Source: Octopus sinensis (Eukaryota). From it: a stretch of 64,000 bases of DNA. Shown piece after piece: positions 52,494-64,000 of the stretch. A program made the position numbers and the translations under genes. The stretch covers positions 52,576,001 to 52,640,000 of the forward strand of contig NC_042997.1 in the NCBI RefSeq assembly GCF_006345805.1. Reading direction: 5' to 3'. The notes under the pieces were generated by a model, which worked only from the letters and a program-made list of their open reading frames with translations, made no database searches and had not been told where the DNA came from. Position 1 is the first letter of the stretch. Each line of letters opens with the position of its first letter.

Positions 52494-55086
52494 ACATAAA
52501 GAAGGAAGAGAGAGAAAGAAAGATCCCAAAGCGGGCAACAGGATAGAGAAAAAGAAAGACTGGTGGTACGAGTTTACACATGGTCGGCATAGCAGACAAA
52601 GGTCAGTAGTAAGAAAAAGAAGGAAGGAGGAAGGAAGGGAGGGGAGGGGTGGGGCGTATGTAGCGTGCCAGCGTGTGTTGAGTAGTAGTGTGTGTGTGTG
52701 TCCAGTGTCGTGGTAGTATTAATGGCGAGTAGATTGAATGTGTGTAAGAGTAATGTATATATTTAAGCAATGTGTGTATATGTGTGCGCGTGTGTGTAAC
52801 AAAAAGGGGGGGGGTAAGGAAAAAGGACTTCAGCTGAGGGGAAGATGGAAGAGTGGTCCCGCGGAGACGGGCGTGGGAAAACCAACGACATGCGACGGTC
52901 CCAGGAACGCGCGGGAGGTCTCGTCGGGTCCAAGAGCGAGGTGCATGCGGGCGCGTATGCGTGCGCGAACCGGCGCAAGCGCGTGTGTGCGACGCGCCTG
53001 CGAGTATGCGCGTAAGTATGTATGTGTGTGGAGTGTGAGTGTGTCTGTGTGTATGTCTGGGTGGCAGTGTGTCCGATGAATGTATGTGAGTATGGGTGTA
53101 TATATGTGTGTGCATAGATGTATGTCCGTGTGGTGTGTGTGTGTGTGTTGTGTTGTATGGTTGAGTGTGTATGTATGTGTGTGGGTGTGTGGGGAGTGTG
53201 TGTATGTGCATGTGTGTGCGCGTACATGCAGGTGTGTGAGTGAGTGTGTGTGTGTGTGTATGTATGTGTGAGTGTGTATGTATGTGTGTGTAGGATGCAT
53301 GTATGTGTATGGGTGTGATGTATCCGTGTGTGTATTTATGTATGTGTACGTGCGTGTGTGTGTGTGTATGCGTGTAGGTGTGCGCGTGTGCATGCATGCA
53401 TGCAGTGCGTATGTGTGGGGTGTGCATGTGTGTGGGTATATATGTATGTGCGTATATGTGTGTGTATGTGCGTACATGTGTGTGTGTATGCTGTGTGTGT
53501 ATGTAGGTGTGTAGGCGTTGTGTGTATAGGTGTATATGTATGTGTAAGTATGTATGGGTGTGTCCGTGTATGTGTGTGTATGTATGTGGTGTATGTAGGT
53601 GTGTGGGCGTTGTGTATATGTGTGTGTATGTAGGTGTGTGGGCGTGTGTATATAGGTGTATGTATGTATGTCTGGGTGTGTCCGTGCATGTTTTGTGTGT
53701 GTGTGTGTATGCATGTGTATGTAGGTGTGTGTGTACGTGGTAATGTATGTGTGTATGCGTGTGTGTGTGCGTGTGTGTATGCGTGCGTGTGTGTATGTAG
53801 GGCGTGTGTATGTGTGTGGGAGTGTAGGTGTGTGTGTGCGTGTGCGCGTGTTTATGTTGGTGTGTGCGTATGTGAGTGTGAGGTATGGGTGTTTGTCATG
53901 CATGTGTGTGCGCGTGCAGGTGAGTGTGTGTGTAAGTATGTGTTGTGTGTATGTTTGTGTGAGTGTGTATGTGTGTATGTCTGTGTGTATGTATGTGCGT
54001 ATAGGAGTATGTAGGTATGTGTGTGTGTATGTGTATGGGTGTATGTATGTATGTGTGTGTGTGTGCATGTGTATAAGTATATGTGTGTAGGCGTGTGTGT
54101 GTAGATGTATGTATGTATGGGTGTGTGTCTGTGTGTGTTTGTGTGTGTGTGTAGGTAGATGTGTGTGTCTGAGTGAGGGTATGGCTGTGTAGGTGTGTGT
54201 GTGTATGAATGTAAGTGTGTGTGTATACAAGTGTAATGTATGTATGTAGGTGTGTGTGTGTGTGTGTATGTGTACGTGTGCGTGTGTGTGTGTGTGTATG
54301 CGTGTGAGTGTGAGTGTATGGGTGTATGTCTGTGTGTGTGTATGTCTGAAGTAGGTATGTGTGTGTGTGTGTGTATGTGTGTGTGTGAGTAGGTGTGCGT
54401 GTATGTATGTGGGTAGGGATGCATGCGAGTGTGTGGGTATGTATGCATACATACGCACGCGCACATCCGAAGCAAGCCCACACATACGAAGCGCGCTCAC
54501 GCACACAACGCACAAGCAGTACAACGCAAGCCCAAGGGCCGACCAAGCCCCCAGCGCGCGCCAAGGCGCGCGCGAGCGCAAAGGCCTCGAACGCCCCGCT
54601 GCGCGGGAACCGAGGATCCATCAGCCAAAACCGGAAAGCAGAAAAGAGGAGGGGGGCTGCCTGGATGCAAAAAGGTGTATGTGTGTGTGCATTCAGTATA
54701 AGGGTGTGCATGTGTAGGTATGTATGTATGTGTGTGCCTACATGTATGTGTGCATGTGTGTGTGTGTGAAGTATGTACGTGCGGTGTGTGTGTGTGAGTG
54801 TGTGTGTATGTATGTGCGTATGTATGTGTGTATGTATGTGTGTATGTATGTCTGTGTGTGTGTGTGTGTAAGTATGTATGTGTGTATGTATGTATGTATG
54901 TGTGTGTGTATGTGCATGTTGGTTTGTATGTTAGTGTGTGCATGTATGTCTATAAGTGTGTGTGATTAAATGTGTGAATGTATGTACGTAGATGGGTCTA
55001 CGTATGTGTGTGTGTGAACAGGCGTGTGGGAGGTAGGTGGGTGGGTGTGTGTGGGTGGTGTATCCGGAAAAAAAAAAGAACGGATC

Positions 55087-56193
55087 TCAAGAGGAGGGGG
55101 CTGTGTTAAGTCCGTGTGGGGTGGTAGTTTGTAGGGTGAAGATGTAGCGTTGCTCCAAGTGGAGCCTGGAAAGTGGGCGACCATTGTGGGGGGCGAGACC
55201 AAACACTGAGATGTCATCTAGGGAATGGCCGGCCGAGCGGAAGTGGCGTGCGACGGGAGAAAAAGAGTGTAGGCGAACGTCCCTCAAGTGTTCAGTGAAA
55301 CGGTCGGACAACCGGCGTCCCGTCTGTCCTACATACAGCATCCCGCATAGGTTGCATTTAATGCAGTAAATAAGGCCAGACGAGGTGCACGTAAAGGAGT
55401 GCCTAATGCGTACAGTATGCAGGTTGGAGCCGGTGACAGCGGTGGTGTTGGTGATGAAGGGGCAAGTGTTGCAGCGGGATCTAGAGCAAGGGAAAGATCC
55501 GTGTGGGGCTGAGGGGGAAGGAGAGAGGGTGCTGTGGACCAGGAGGTCACGCAGATTGCGGGCTCGTTTGAAAGAGGACAGGGGTGGGTTAGGGAAAATG
55601 GGGCGGGTGGTGGGATCAAGCTGGAGGCGACGGAAGGCACGTAGTATCTTGCGACGAAGGGGTAGGGTAGAGGGGTGGAAAAGGAGGGGGAAGGGGGTGC
55701 GGTTGGGGGGTGGGCGGGGGGAAGGAGACAGGGCGGTAGTGCGGTCGATGCGACGGGCGCGGGTGAGGGCATCAGAGAGGAGTATGGGTGGGTAACCTCG
55801 GAGTCTGAACATGCGGGCCAGGTATTGGGTCTCGAAATCCTGGTCGCGGCTGCACAAACGTCGGAGGCGGAGGAACTGGGAGGTGTGGAAGGGGTGGGAG
55901 GAAGAGAAGTTGAGATAGAGGTGGGAATCCGTAGGTTTAAAGAAGGCGGTGGTGGTGAGAGAGTTGGAGGGGTGATCGATGCGGAGAGAGATGTCAAGGA
56001 AGTTGACAGAGGTGTTGGAGATGGTGGAGGTGAATTGAAGAGAGGGGTGAAAGTTGGAAAGGAAAGAGATGAATTGGCAGAGAAGTTCACGGGAAAGGGA
56101 GGTGGCACCTACGCAGTCGTCGATATAGCGACCGTATAGTTCGGGGGTCGGCCCAGAGAACTGGGAGAACACTTGGGCCTCAATGTAGCCAAG

Positions 56194-56195
<2 letters not shown>
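55087..56195 (-). CDS. Penelope-like RT C-terminal half + thumb + linker + GIY-YIG endonuclease (5'-truncated open frame)
   Basis: YGRYIDD (RT), VNFLDI, FFKPTD..YL...SSHP, SQFLRLRRLCS, RGYP, Cys-rich linker PCSRSRCNTCPF, LIYCIKC..C..LYVGQT (GIY-YIG), RFTEH, VARHF, EQRYIFTLQTTTPHGLN. No internal stop. Confidence 0.95.
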
Positions 56196-56228
<33 letters not shown>

Positions 56229-56275
<47 letters not shown>

Positions 56276-56548
56276 GTTTAACGTCCGCTAGCATGGGTTG
56301 GACGATTTGACTGAGGACTGGCGAACTAGATGGCTGCATCAGGCTCCAATCTTGATCTGGCAGAGTTTCTACAGCTGGATGCCCTTCCTAAACGCCAACC
56401 ACTCCGAGAGTGTAGTGGGTGCTTTTACGTGCCACCGGCACGAGGGCTAGTCAAGCGGTACTGGCAACGACCATGCTCAAATGGTGTTTTTTTACGTGCC
56501 ACCTGCACAGGAGCCAGTCCAGCGGCACTGGCAACGACCTTACTCGAA
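56229..56548 (-). mobile_element. Retroposon 3' end with (GAT)n tail (RTE-partner SINE/LINE type)
   Basis: Minus strand GGTTGGCGTTAGGAAGGGCATCCAGCTGTAGAAAC..GCGGACGTTAAAC(GAT)n. Internal duplication of TTTACGTGCCACC..CTGGCAACGACC. Confidence 0.7.
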
Positions 56549-56565
56549 TGTTTTTTTTCACGTAC

Positions 56566-56625
<60 letters not shown>

Positions 56626-56747
56626 TGTGTGTATGTGTGTGTGTAATATATATATATATCTAAATAATTAGTTAATAAATTATATGAATTGGTATTATCC
56701 AATAGTTGATGATTGAAAGAAATCTATTCCTCCATTTTCTTATTTTG

Positions 56748-56838
<91 letters not shown>

Positions 56839-56840
<2 letters not shown>

Positions 56841-56990
56841 AGGCGCAATGGCCTAGTGGTTAGGGTAGCAGACTCGCGGTCGTAGGATCGCGGTTTCGAT
56901 TCCCAGACCGGGCGTTGTGAATGTTTATTGAGCGAAAACACATAAAAGCTTCACGAGGCTCCGGCAGGGGGAGGCGATCCCTGCTGTACG
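56839..56990 (+). mobile_element. Third tRNA-derived SINE family (tRNA-Arg-like head), truncated
   Basis: A-box TGGCCTAGTGG, TCG at the anticodon-like position, B-box-like GGTTTCGATTCCC, then a non-tRNA body. Confidence 0.75.
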
Positions 56991-57299
56991 AAATGAACTC
57001 AGAATATAAAGTCGGACGAAATGCTGCTAAGAATCTAGCCCAGTGTGTTGACAATTCTGCCAGCTCGCTGCCTTAATAATGGTTTCAAATTTTGGCACTG
57101 GTCCAGCAGTTTTTAATGGTAGGGGATGTCGAGTACATCGCCCCCAGTACTTGACTGGTACTTCATTTTATCGACCCCGAAAAGATGAAATCAAAATTGA
57201 CATTGGCAGAATTTGAGCTTAGAACGTAGACGGACGAAAATGCCTCTAAATATTTTGTCCGGCGTGCTAACGACTCAACCAACTCATAATAATGATGAT

Positions 57300-58070
57300 A
57301 ATTCTTTCTACTAAGGCGCAAGGCCTGAAATTTGGTGGGAGGGGACTAGTCGATTACATTGACCCCAGTGTTTCACTGGTATGTAATTTATCGAGTCTGA
57401 AATGATGAAAGGCAAATCAACCTAGGCGGAATTTGAACTCAGAACGTAAAAGCAAATGAAATGCCTATTTCTTTACTACCCACAAGGGGCTAAACACAGA
57501 GCGGACAAACAAGGACAGACAAACGGATTAAGTCGATTATATCGACCCCAGTGCGTAACTGGTACTTATTTAATCGACCCCGAAAGGCTAAAAGGCAAAG
57601 TCGACCTCGGCGGAATTTGAACTCAGAACGTAGAGGCAGACGAAATACCTATTTCTTTACTACCCACAAGGGGCTAAACACAGAGAAGACAATCAAGGAC
57701 AGACAAACGGATTAAGTCGATTATATCGACCCCAGTGCGTAACTAGTACTTATTTAATCGACCCCGAAAGAATGAAAGGCAAAGTCGACCGCGGCGGAAT
57801 TTGAACTCAGTACGTAGCGGCAGACAAAAAACCTATTTCTATTTCTTTACTACCCACAAGGGGCTAAACACAGAGAGGACGAACAAGGACAGACAAACGG
57901 ATTAAGTCGATTATATCGAACCCAGTGCGTAACTGGTATTTAATTTATCGACCCCGAAAGGATGAAAGGCAAAGTCGACCTCGGCGGAATTTGAACTCAG
58001 AACGTAACGGCAGATGAAATACGGTTACGCATTTCGCCCGGCGTGCTAACGTTTTTGCCAGCTCACCATC
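57300..58070 (-). mobile_element. SINE family B concatemer: head + three 184-188 bp units + diverged terminal unit
   Basis: Unit boundaries at 57465, 57649, 57833 and 58020. A single head at 58021-58070. Confidence 0.92.
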
Positions 58071-58346
58071 TTACTGACTTTGGCACTAGGCAAACAATTT
58101 TGAGGGAAAATTAGTAAATACCATAATTTTAGTAAATACTACAGGAATAAAAACCACAGGTGACACCAGCAGTATTTGAACTCAGAACGTGAAGAAATAT
58201 TGCAAAGTATTTTCCTGGCTCCCTTCCGATTCTGCCAGTTCCCCACGAAGGCTATTTAATACATACGATCATATTTATTTATGTCAAATATAATTTTCCT
58301 ATAGGAGGAGAGCAGCTATTCAAATCCCGTCATCATAAATGCGCTA

Positions 58347-58734
58347 TCTCTCTCTATATAAACGGCAGTTTGTCTGTGCGTGTTTCTGTGTGTCTGTTTT
58401 CTCGTACCCTCACCCTGACCACGGCTTTCAACCGATTCTGATGAAACTTGACACACACATAGCCCAATGTCATAATTCAAAACTAACGCAGCGAAAATTT
58501 TGAAAAGTTCCCCCAGTTCTGAAAAAAATCGATAAATTCGACATGGGGTCGAGAATAAAAAAAAACAAACCACAGACTGTCTAGGGGACGCAACTCAACC
58601 TTTTATTACTCTCAAAAAAAAAATTTACCATCATTTTTTTTCCATTTTTTGGCTATTTTTTGGCTATAACTCTCTAAAAATGCTTTATAGTTATTTCCCT
58701 TACAAACCTGAGCAACGCCGGGCGATACTGCTAG
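58347..58734 (+). mobile_element. Non-autonomous Helitron-like element
   Basis: 5' TC after A, 3' GC hairpin (CCTGAGCAACGCCGGG) then CTAG before T. No TSD. Confidence 0.72.
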
Positions 58735-61079
58735 TCTTTGATAAAACTGCTTCTCATTCAATAGTCTTCATTTCTTGTTGTTTTCAGACGGTTCTGAGTT
58801 CAAGCTCCATATAGATTAATAAATTTTACCTTTCTCGAACAGACAAAGAACTTGCATGCCAGGCATAGGACACAGTTAGCCTGGAGATAAAATTTCGCCT
58901 GCATTAAAATTTGAAGCCGCCCACTGACAAAGTTTACATTTAAGCCTTAATCCAAAACAGTAATTTGATATAAATTACTTTCAACATTCTGTGAAGCCTT
59001 ATAAGTATCTGTCTAATTATAACATTTTAATTAAAGTTGCTTAGTGTGATTACGTGCATACCTATGAATTAATAAAATTAAAGGTTCATGATTTATTCTC
59101 AGCAGGGATATGCACTCTCACACATTCTTATGCATTTGCAATTCGCCCCAGGTACTAAAAAAGTCCCCCCCCCTTCTGCTGTGCAGTGGAAGGCGGCCGA
59201 TTGACAGAGTCGTCGTTAGAGCGGCAGAAAAAGATTGTTTTGCAATAATTGTGTCGACCTTCTACGTTGTGAATTCAAATCCCGCCGATGCTCAACTTTG
59301 CTTTTCATCCTGTTGCGGCTGCTAAATAAAGTACCGGTCCCATACGGGGGTCGGTTCTTCTCTTTCTCTCACTCTTTCTTTCTGTATATCTAACTTTTTC
59401 ACTTCTGGAAGAAATTGAATGTGGTCAGTCCTGAAGTTGGATAGATTCACTCAAGTCTAAAAGTGCCTCTAACTATCATCTCAACACTCGTACGACTACA
59501 CCAAGAGGTTGAGCGCCTAGAGAAAAGCTATGTCGGGGCATCTACAGCTAGAAATAACAGTAAAACTTTCTCAAAACTCAAACAGTGATGTACTAAATCA
59601 AATCACTTTATATAGCTCATTTTAAAAACTGACTTTCTATCAATAAAGTAACAATGTATTATTATCTCGATCACAATCTTGAATTACAGCCTATAGAAAA
59701 ATAAAACTGGTTATTTTTATATTCCAAGATAACGGTTTAAACTTTTGGCGCGTGGCTAGTAATTTTACTAGCTCAAATGTTCAGCTAGTACTTTTTTTCA
59801 CCTATCTCGAAAGGAAGAACGGCAAAGTCAACCTTGGCTGAATTTAAATTCAGAATGTAAAGAGCCGGAATAAATGTTACTTTGCATTTTGTCCGACGCG
59901 CTAACGATTCTTCCAGCTCGCCGTCTTTCTATATTCGATGATAATCCTTTTTACTATAGGCACAAGGCCAGAAATTTGGGTGAGGAGGCCATTACATCGA
60001 TCCTAGAGCTCAAGTAGTACTTTTTCCATCTACTCCGAAACGATGAAAGGCAAAGTCGACTCCGACGGAATTTGAACTCAGAACGTAAAGATAGACGAAA
60101 TGCTGCTGAGCATTTTGGCCAGCATTTAGCGATTCTTCCTGCACGCCGCTTTTCTATATCCGTTAATAATGTGGTCTAGAGTTTAAGATTTTTACTCCCT
60201 CTTCCGAAAGTCAATATATACAGTGCACCCACAGCTATATTATCTAATATATCCTTCCTTTTGTTTCTCAAAACAGTAGAATGTGATTGCAGAGATTTGT
60301 CTATTCCTTATAGGCGGAGCAAATATATAGAGACCCGTCTTACTGGCTCCAGATCATAACATTAGAACAGCTGTCATAGCCAGAGATTAGCCAGTAGCTA
60401 CATTACTAAGAATTGGGGAAAATAGACAGAGTAAAGGTATGTTAGACTGAGAAAATTATTGAGAAAACTGAGCTTTTAAAATGTTTCTTTATGAGGTAAC
60501 GAATTGCGAGATTGAAGGAAATTCAATATTTGCTTTCAACTGACATTTTTTTTTCTTGCGGTCATATAAAGTCAACTTTATGACATTAGTTACTCTCTGG
60601 CACATTTTAGAAATTAATCTTACTTCAGGGATTCATTCATTCTTGACTGAGAAATTTCAGCATTCCAATTCACTGTTTTATGACATTAATCAAATCTTTA
60701 GTTAATTCAGCGCTTTATTATAGCCGTTAGTCGCTTTATTACACCACCTCCTGACTGCAGGAAAGTAGGACAGGTTTTTCATGGTTTGATCAAGAAGAAA
60801 GGACAATATACGTTACGTTTGCAGCCATTCTGAGTCTGGTCAGATCATTGATACAGTTGTTGTTCAGCTAGAATATTTGTAAGACGACGTTTTCAGGTAA
60901 AACGTAAGCAAAATGGAGGAAAGAGAAAGATTCTAAGTAGTCGAAGCGTTCAGGAGAAAGGATTGAACGCACTGGTCATTCGGGGCCTATTGTGTGACAC
61001 AGAAGAAGTGACGAGCGTAAGAGAGATGGGTGTACCTATGGGCCTTGCTGAAGATGATATGCAACTAGGTGTTTCCAAG

Positions 61080-61200
61080 GAGCAGAAAACATTATGGTAG
61101 TGTTTCATCGACTTTACAAAGGCTTATTAAGAGAGAGTTTATGGACCATGCACAAAAGATATGGGTGTCTGAACAAATTTGTGGTGATGATTTTCCTTGG
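61080..61200 (+). mobile_element. RTE-clade RT fragment, decayed
   Basis: EQKTLW*CFIDFTKAY..RESLWTMHKRYGCLNKFV resembles the RT motif FIDLTKAFD..R..LW....YG.P.KF. Confidence 0.6.
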
Positions 61201-61363
61201 TGCCCCAGCATATCCGTAGTCCAGTGACTGACATCAGTGAAAGATGAAGTGATATCATTCTTATATTACTGATTAAACTACATTCCTTAATATTTTAAAA
61301 TTACGGTAAAAGTAGGAGATTATCTTTGGCGTATTTTGTTTTACTATAATAATATAAAGAGAA

Positions 61364-61580
61364 GGCGGCGAGCTGGCAGAAACGTTAGCGCGCCGGGCGA
61401 AATGCTTAGCCGTTACGTTCTGATTTCAAATTCCGCCGAGGTCGACTTTGCCTTTCATCCTTTCCGGGTCGATAAATAAAGTACCAGTTACGCACTGGGG
61501 TCGATGTAATCGACTTAATCCCTTTGTCTGTCTTTGTTTGTCCCCTCTGTGTTTAGCCCCTTGTGGGAAGTAAAGAAATA
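61364..61580 (+). mobile_element. SINE family B monomer, young
   Basis: Intact head and one unit ending AAAGAAATATATAT. Confidence 0.9.
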
Positions 61581-61756
61581 TATATATGTATATTTGATAT
61601 TCCTACAGTGCATGAATTTGAGTCGATTGTTTAATTGTGTTAGTGATAACTAGGATCCTAGCTAAGTAATGGTTATGGTTTGATAATTATAGACCATAAG
61701 AACATTGGTTCAACTGTGTGACTGATAGCATGGTTTTCGATGAGTTGCTATCTTAG

Positions 61757-62520
61757 GTTGGACAATAAAGAAATATATAATAATATAAAGGCAGTAGTAA
61801 TTGAGGAAGTCTACAACAGAGTGACAATACAAGGGGAAAAAATGAACAAAGCAAGACTAACGAAGAATAGTACAAAGTTAATATAATTAATATGTGAGAA
61901 AGAGAACGCGGAAAAACGAACGTTTCGAACGGTGGTTCTTTAACAAGAAAAGAGGATGGAAAAGGGTGGGGGAATAGGGGAATAGAATCCAAAGTGAAAA
62001 AAAGAATGTTTATGTCGATAAGGTAACATGTTCAATGTCAGAACGGAAATGAGTAGAATGGTGGTTTACGGCAAGAAGACCGAGATAAGGGAGAGAAACG
62101 AGATAAGCGTGGGAAGGTGTAATGATGTATGATTGAGTAGGTTATGTGTGTATTTGCGTGCGCATGCGTGTGTGGACATGTAAAAATGAGAAGTCAAGAA
62201 TGCAAGTAGGTTGTGTGCGTGTGTGAATGAGTGTGTGTGTGTATGCGTGTATTTGTGTACTTGTGTGTGTGTGTGTGGGGAATGTGAATATTACGTCGTG
62301 GTGGTGTGAAGAGAGCTTAAACGAGTGTGAAAGAAAGTAGCTTGTGTGTGTGTGTGTATGTGTGTGTGTGCTGAGCAATAGATGCAGATTTTCTATGCTA
62401 CCATGTCGGTTATATGAACAATAGTGTGGGTGTGTAATACATTGGTAATGCAATGTATGAGCGTGTATGTGGTGACAGGTGTGGTGAATGCATGTGAGGT
62501 TGTTTACATATGTGGAGGCA
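61757..62520 (-). mobile_element. Probable Penelope-type 3' region (CA-rich tract + pyrimidine-rich tail + hammerhead-like motif at 61919-61946)
   Basis: Minus strand TTGTTAA A GAAC cacc GTTC GAAAC GTT. Same overall layout as 8190-9112. Confidence 0.45.
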
Positions 62521-64000
62521 TCTTTTGAGACGGTAGTTTTTTTTTTAAGAAAGCAATTCGATTAATAATCCTAGTTTGGTTAGCTGTGTTTAACCGGAAA
62601 AGTAATTGTTGTTTGGCGAGATTTTGTAAGTTATAAATATACTTTATTTAAACTATTTAAAGAATCAAAGCAAGTAGAGGAATTTTAGTATTGGTTGGTG
62701 CCGAACTAGTGACATGCGAATATGATTTCGTACTTCTTTTATCGTGTTTCTTTTATTTATATCCTTTTATCTTAGTTTCTTTTAGTCAAGAAATACTTGT
62801 AAGCTAGCTTTGATGTCGACTGACGAAAGTGTGTGATACCATGTAGTATAAGTCCTCTTAAGCTACTGAAAGTTATTTCGTGGTATGCATAGTTACCATT
62901 TCTAATTTACATAATTCAAAATATTTCTACTCTTTCATCGTTTGGTCAGAGATCAGCCTTGCAGTTCTGGTGAAAATATATTCTTATTCAGTGTACTTCA
63001 AAGATTATTTTTCTCCTCAAACTTCGTAGTAATCGCTACATATTTTATATATTAATATCTATTTTTGGTGTTTTTTGATGATTTTTCAATGACAGAGGCC
63101 ACACTAGCAGTCTTCTGTATTAATTTTATAGATGTGCAGAAATGTAAAAGGAAAATATAAGTCTCATTAGTTGATAGACCCATATGTCAACACATTTGAT
63201 CCACACGACGCCATATGTATGTAAATCTTTATGTGTATCTAACTGGTTGGATGAATCTACGGATGTATGGCTGAATGAGTGAAATGGATAGATATGTATA
63301 TGAGGGACAGAAAAACAGATGGATGAGTTATCAAATGCTTCTGTTCAGAAAGGTGAAACGCTGTTAATTTAGGCTCTCAAAGTATTTATTGTGAAAGACA
63401 AGTTATGCCACACTTCAGTGAACATACAAATTATAAGAATAGTCACGCATATAAAAACACCATTTACATAGACATATCGTTAGAACGGGAGACGCTTTAA
63501 AAGAGAGTGGAAATTATATCGTCATGTAGAGCAAGACAATTTGATTAATTTTTCTGAATGTCATGTATAATTTTGTGTCTTGTATTTAACGGAGGGAAAA
63601 ATATTCTGTTACTTATTTCTTAATTCGTGTTTTGTTGCTCCACCTGCTATAATTCCCCACAAATTGGAATATTTGGGATGTTTTCTCTTAAGTGATATAA
63701 CAAACCTTACAATCATCGTAAGACTGAAGACAACTCTGAAATAGCTGATTGTACTGAGGCGAAGCGCATTGTAGTTTTGCTATTATGAAAGTATTTTTTC
63801 CCCATTCCAATCCTCAGTAGAATAAATCAGTTATACTACTCAGTAGTGCTTGAAAACTAATAACTTTTTATATTGACATTGCTCGTTGTTATTTGTTTGA
63901 GAGTAAGGGACATTGCCCAAATATTTTCTAGCACGCCAAGACTGTTGAGGCCAAGTTTTAAAAGTTGATGCCTTTAGAAAAAAACCTAGGTATGGCGGGG

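Larger units (their letters stand above)
52372..56195 (-). mobile_element. 5'-truncated Penelope-like element (Neptune-type, inferred)
   Basis: RT-GIY-YIG frame, long CA-rich 3' region, terminal segment shared with the tail fragments, (TA)n on both sides. Linking ORF and tail into one element is inferred from orientation and continuity. Confidence 0.8.

Noticed and set aside
52890-52935. CCGACGA followed by a GAC..GTC stem in the GC island (minus strand)
   Set aside because: No GAAA after the stem, so it is not a hammerhead as written.
52603-54943. Long His/Thr- or Val/Cys-rich ORFs (up to 583 aa)
   Set aside because: Translations of CA/TG low-complexity sequence, which lacks stop codons in several frames. 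No domain content.
55329-56139. Overlapping 259-aa, 154-aa and 136-aa ORFs
   Set aside because: Alternative-frame or antisense shadows of the GC-rich Penelope ORF.
56196-56274. Poly-Met/IY N-terminus of the 395-aa ORF
   Set aside because: Derives from adjacent (GAT)n and (TA)n tracts. The Penelope frame is 5'-truncated at about 56195.
56839-56910. Possible tRNA-Arg gene
   Set aside because: A and B boxes are present, but there is no proper acceptor stem and it continues into a SINE body. Treated as a SINE head.

Overview
AT-rich, microsatellite-dense eukaryotic DNA with no host protein-coding gene I can support. Nearly all ORFs in the supplied track are translations of (CA)n/(TA)n/(TCTA)n repeats. 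The repeat families resemble those I recall from Octopus genomes (inference, not searched). The window is a mosaic of mobile elements: two abundant tRNA-derived SINE families (one forming head-to-tail concatemers); a 5'-truncated Penelope-like element (RT + GIY-YIG, open frame, about 2.6 kb CA-rich 3' region); two different Dong/R4-type RLE LINE fragments stacked in one (TAA)n array; a full-length decayed mariner; hAT elements with 8-bp TSDs; a Tigger-like MITE; a non-autonomous Helitron; and RTE and CR1 fragments. The most notable signal is a set of at least nine minimal type-I hammerhead-ribozyme-like motifs with non-canonical cores (CCGACGA, U3-A8 TTGATAA, CTGTTG/TTGTTAA). They lie at Penelope-type 3' ends or at the apex of long near-perfect hairpins (34-bp and about 139-bp arms) in (TA)n context. 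Their activity is untested.
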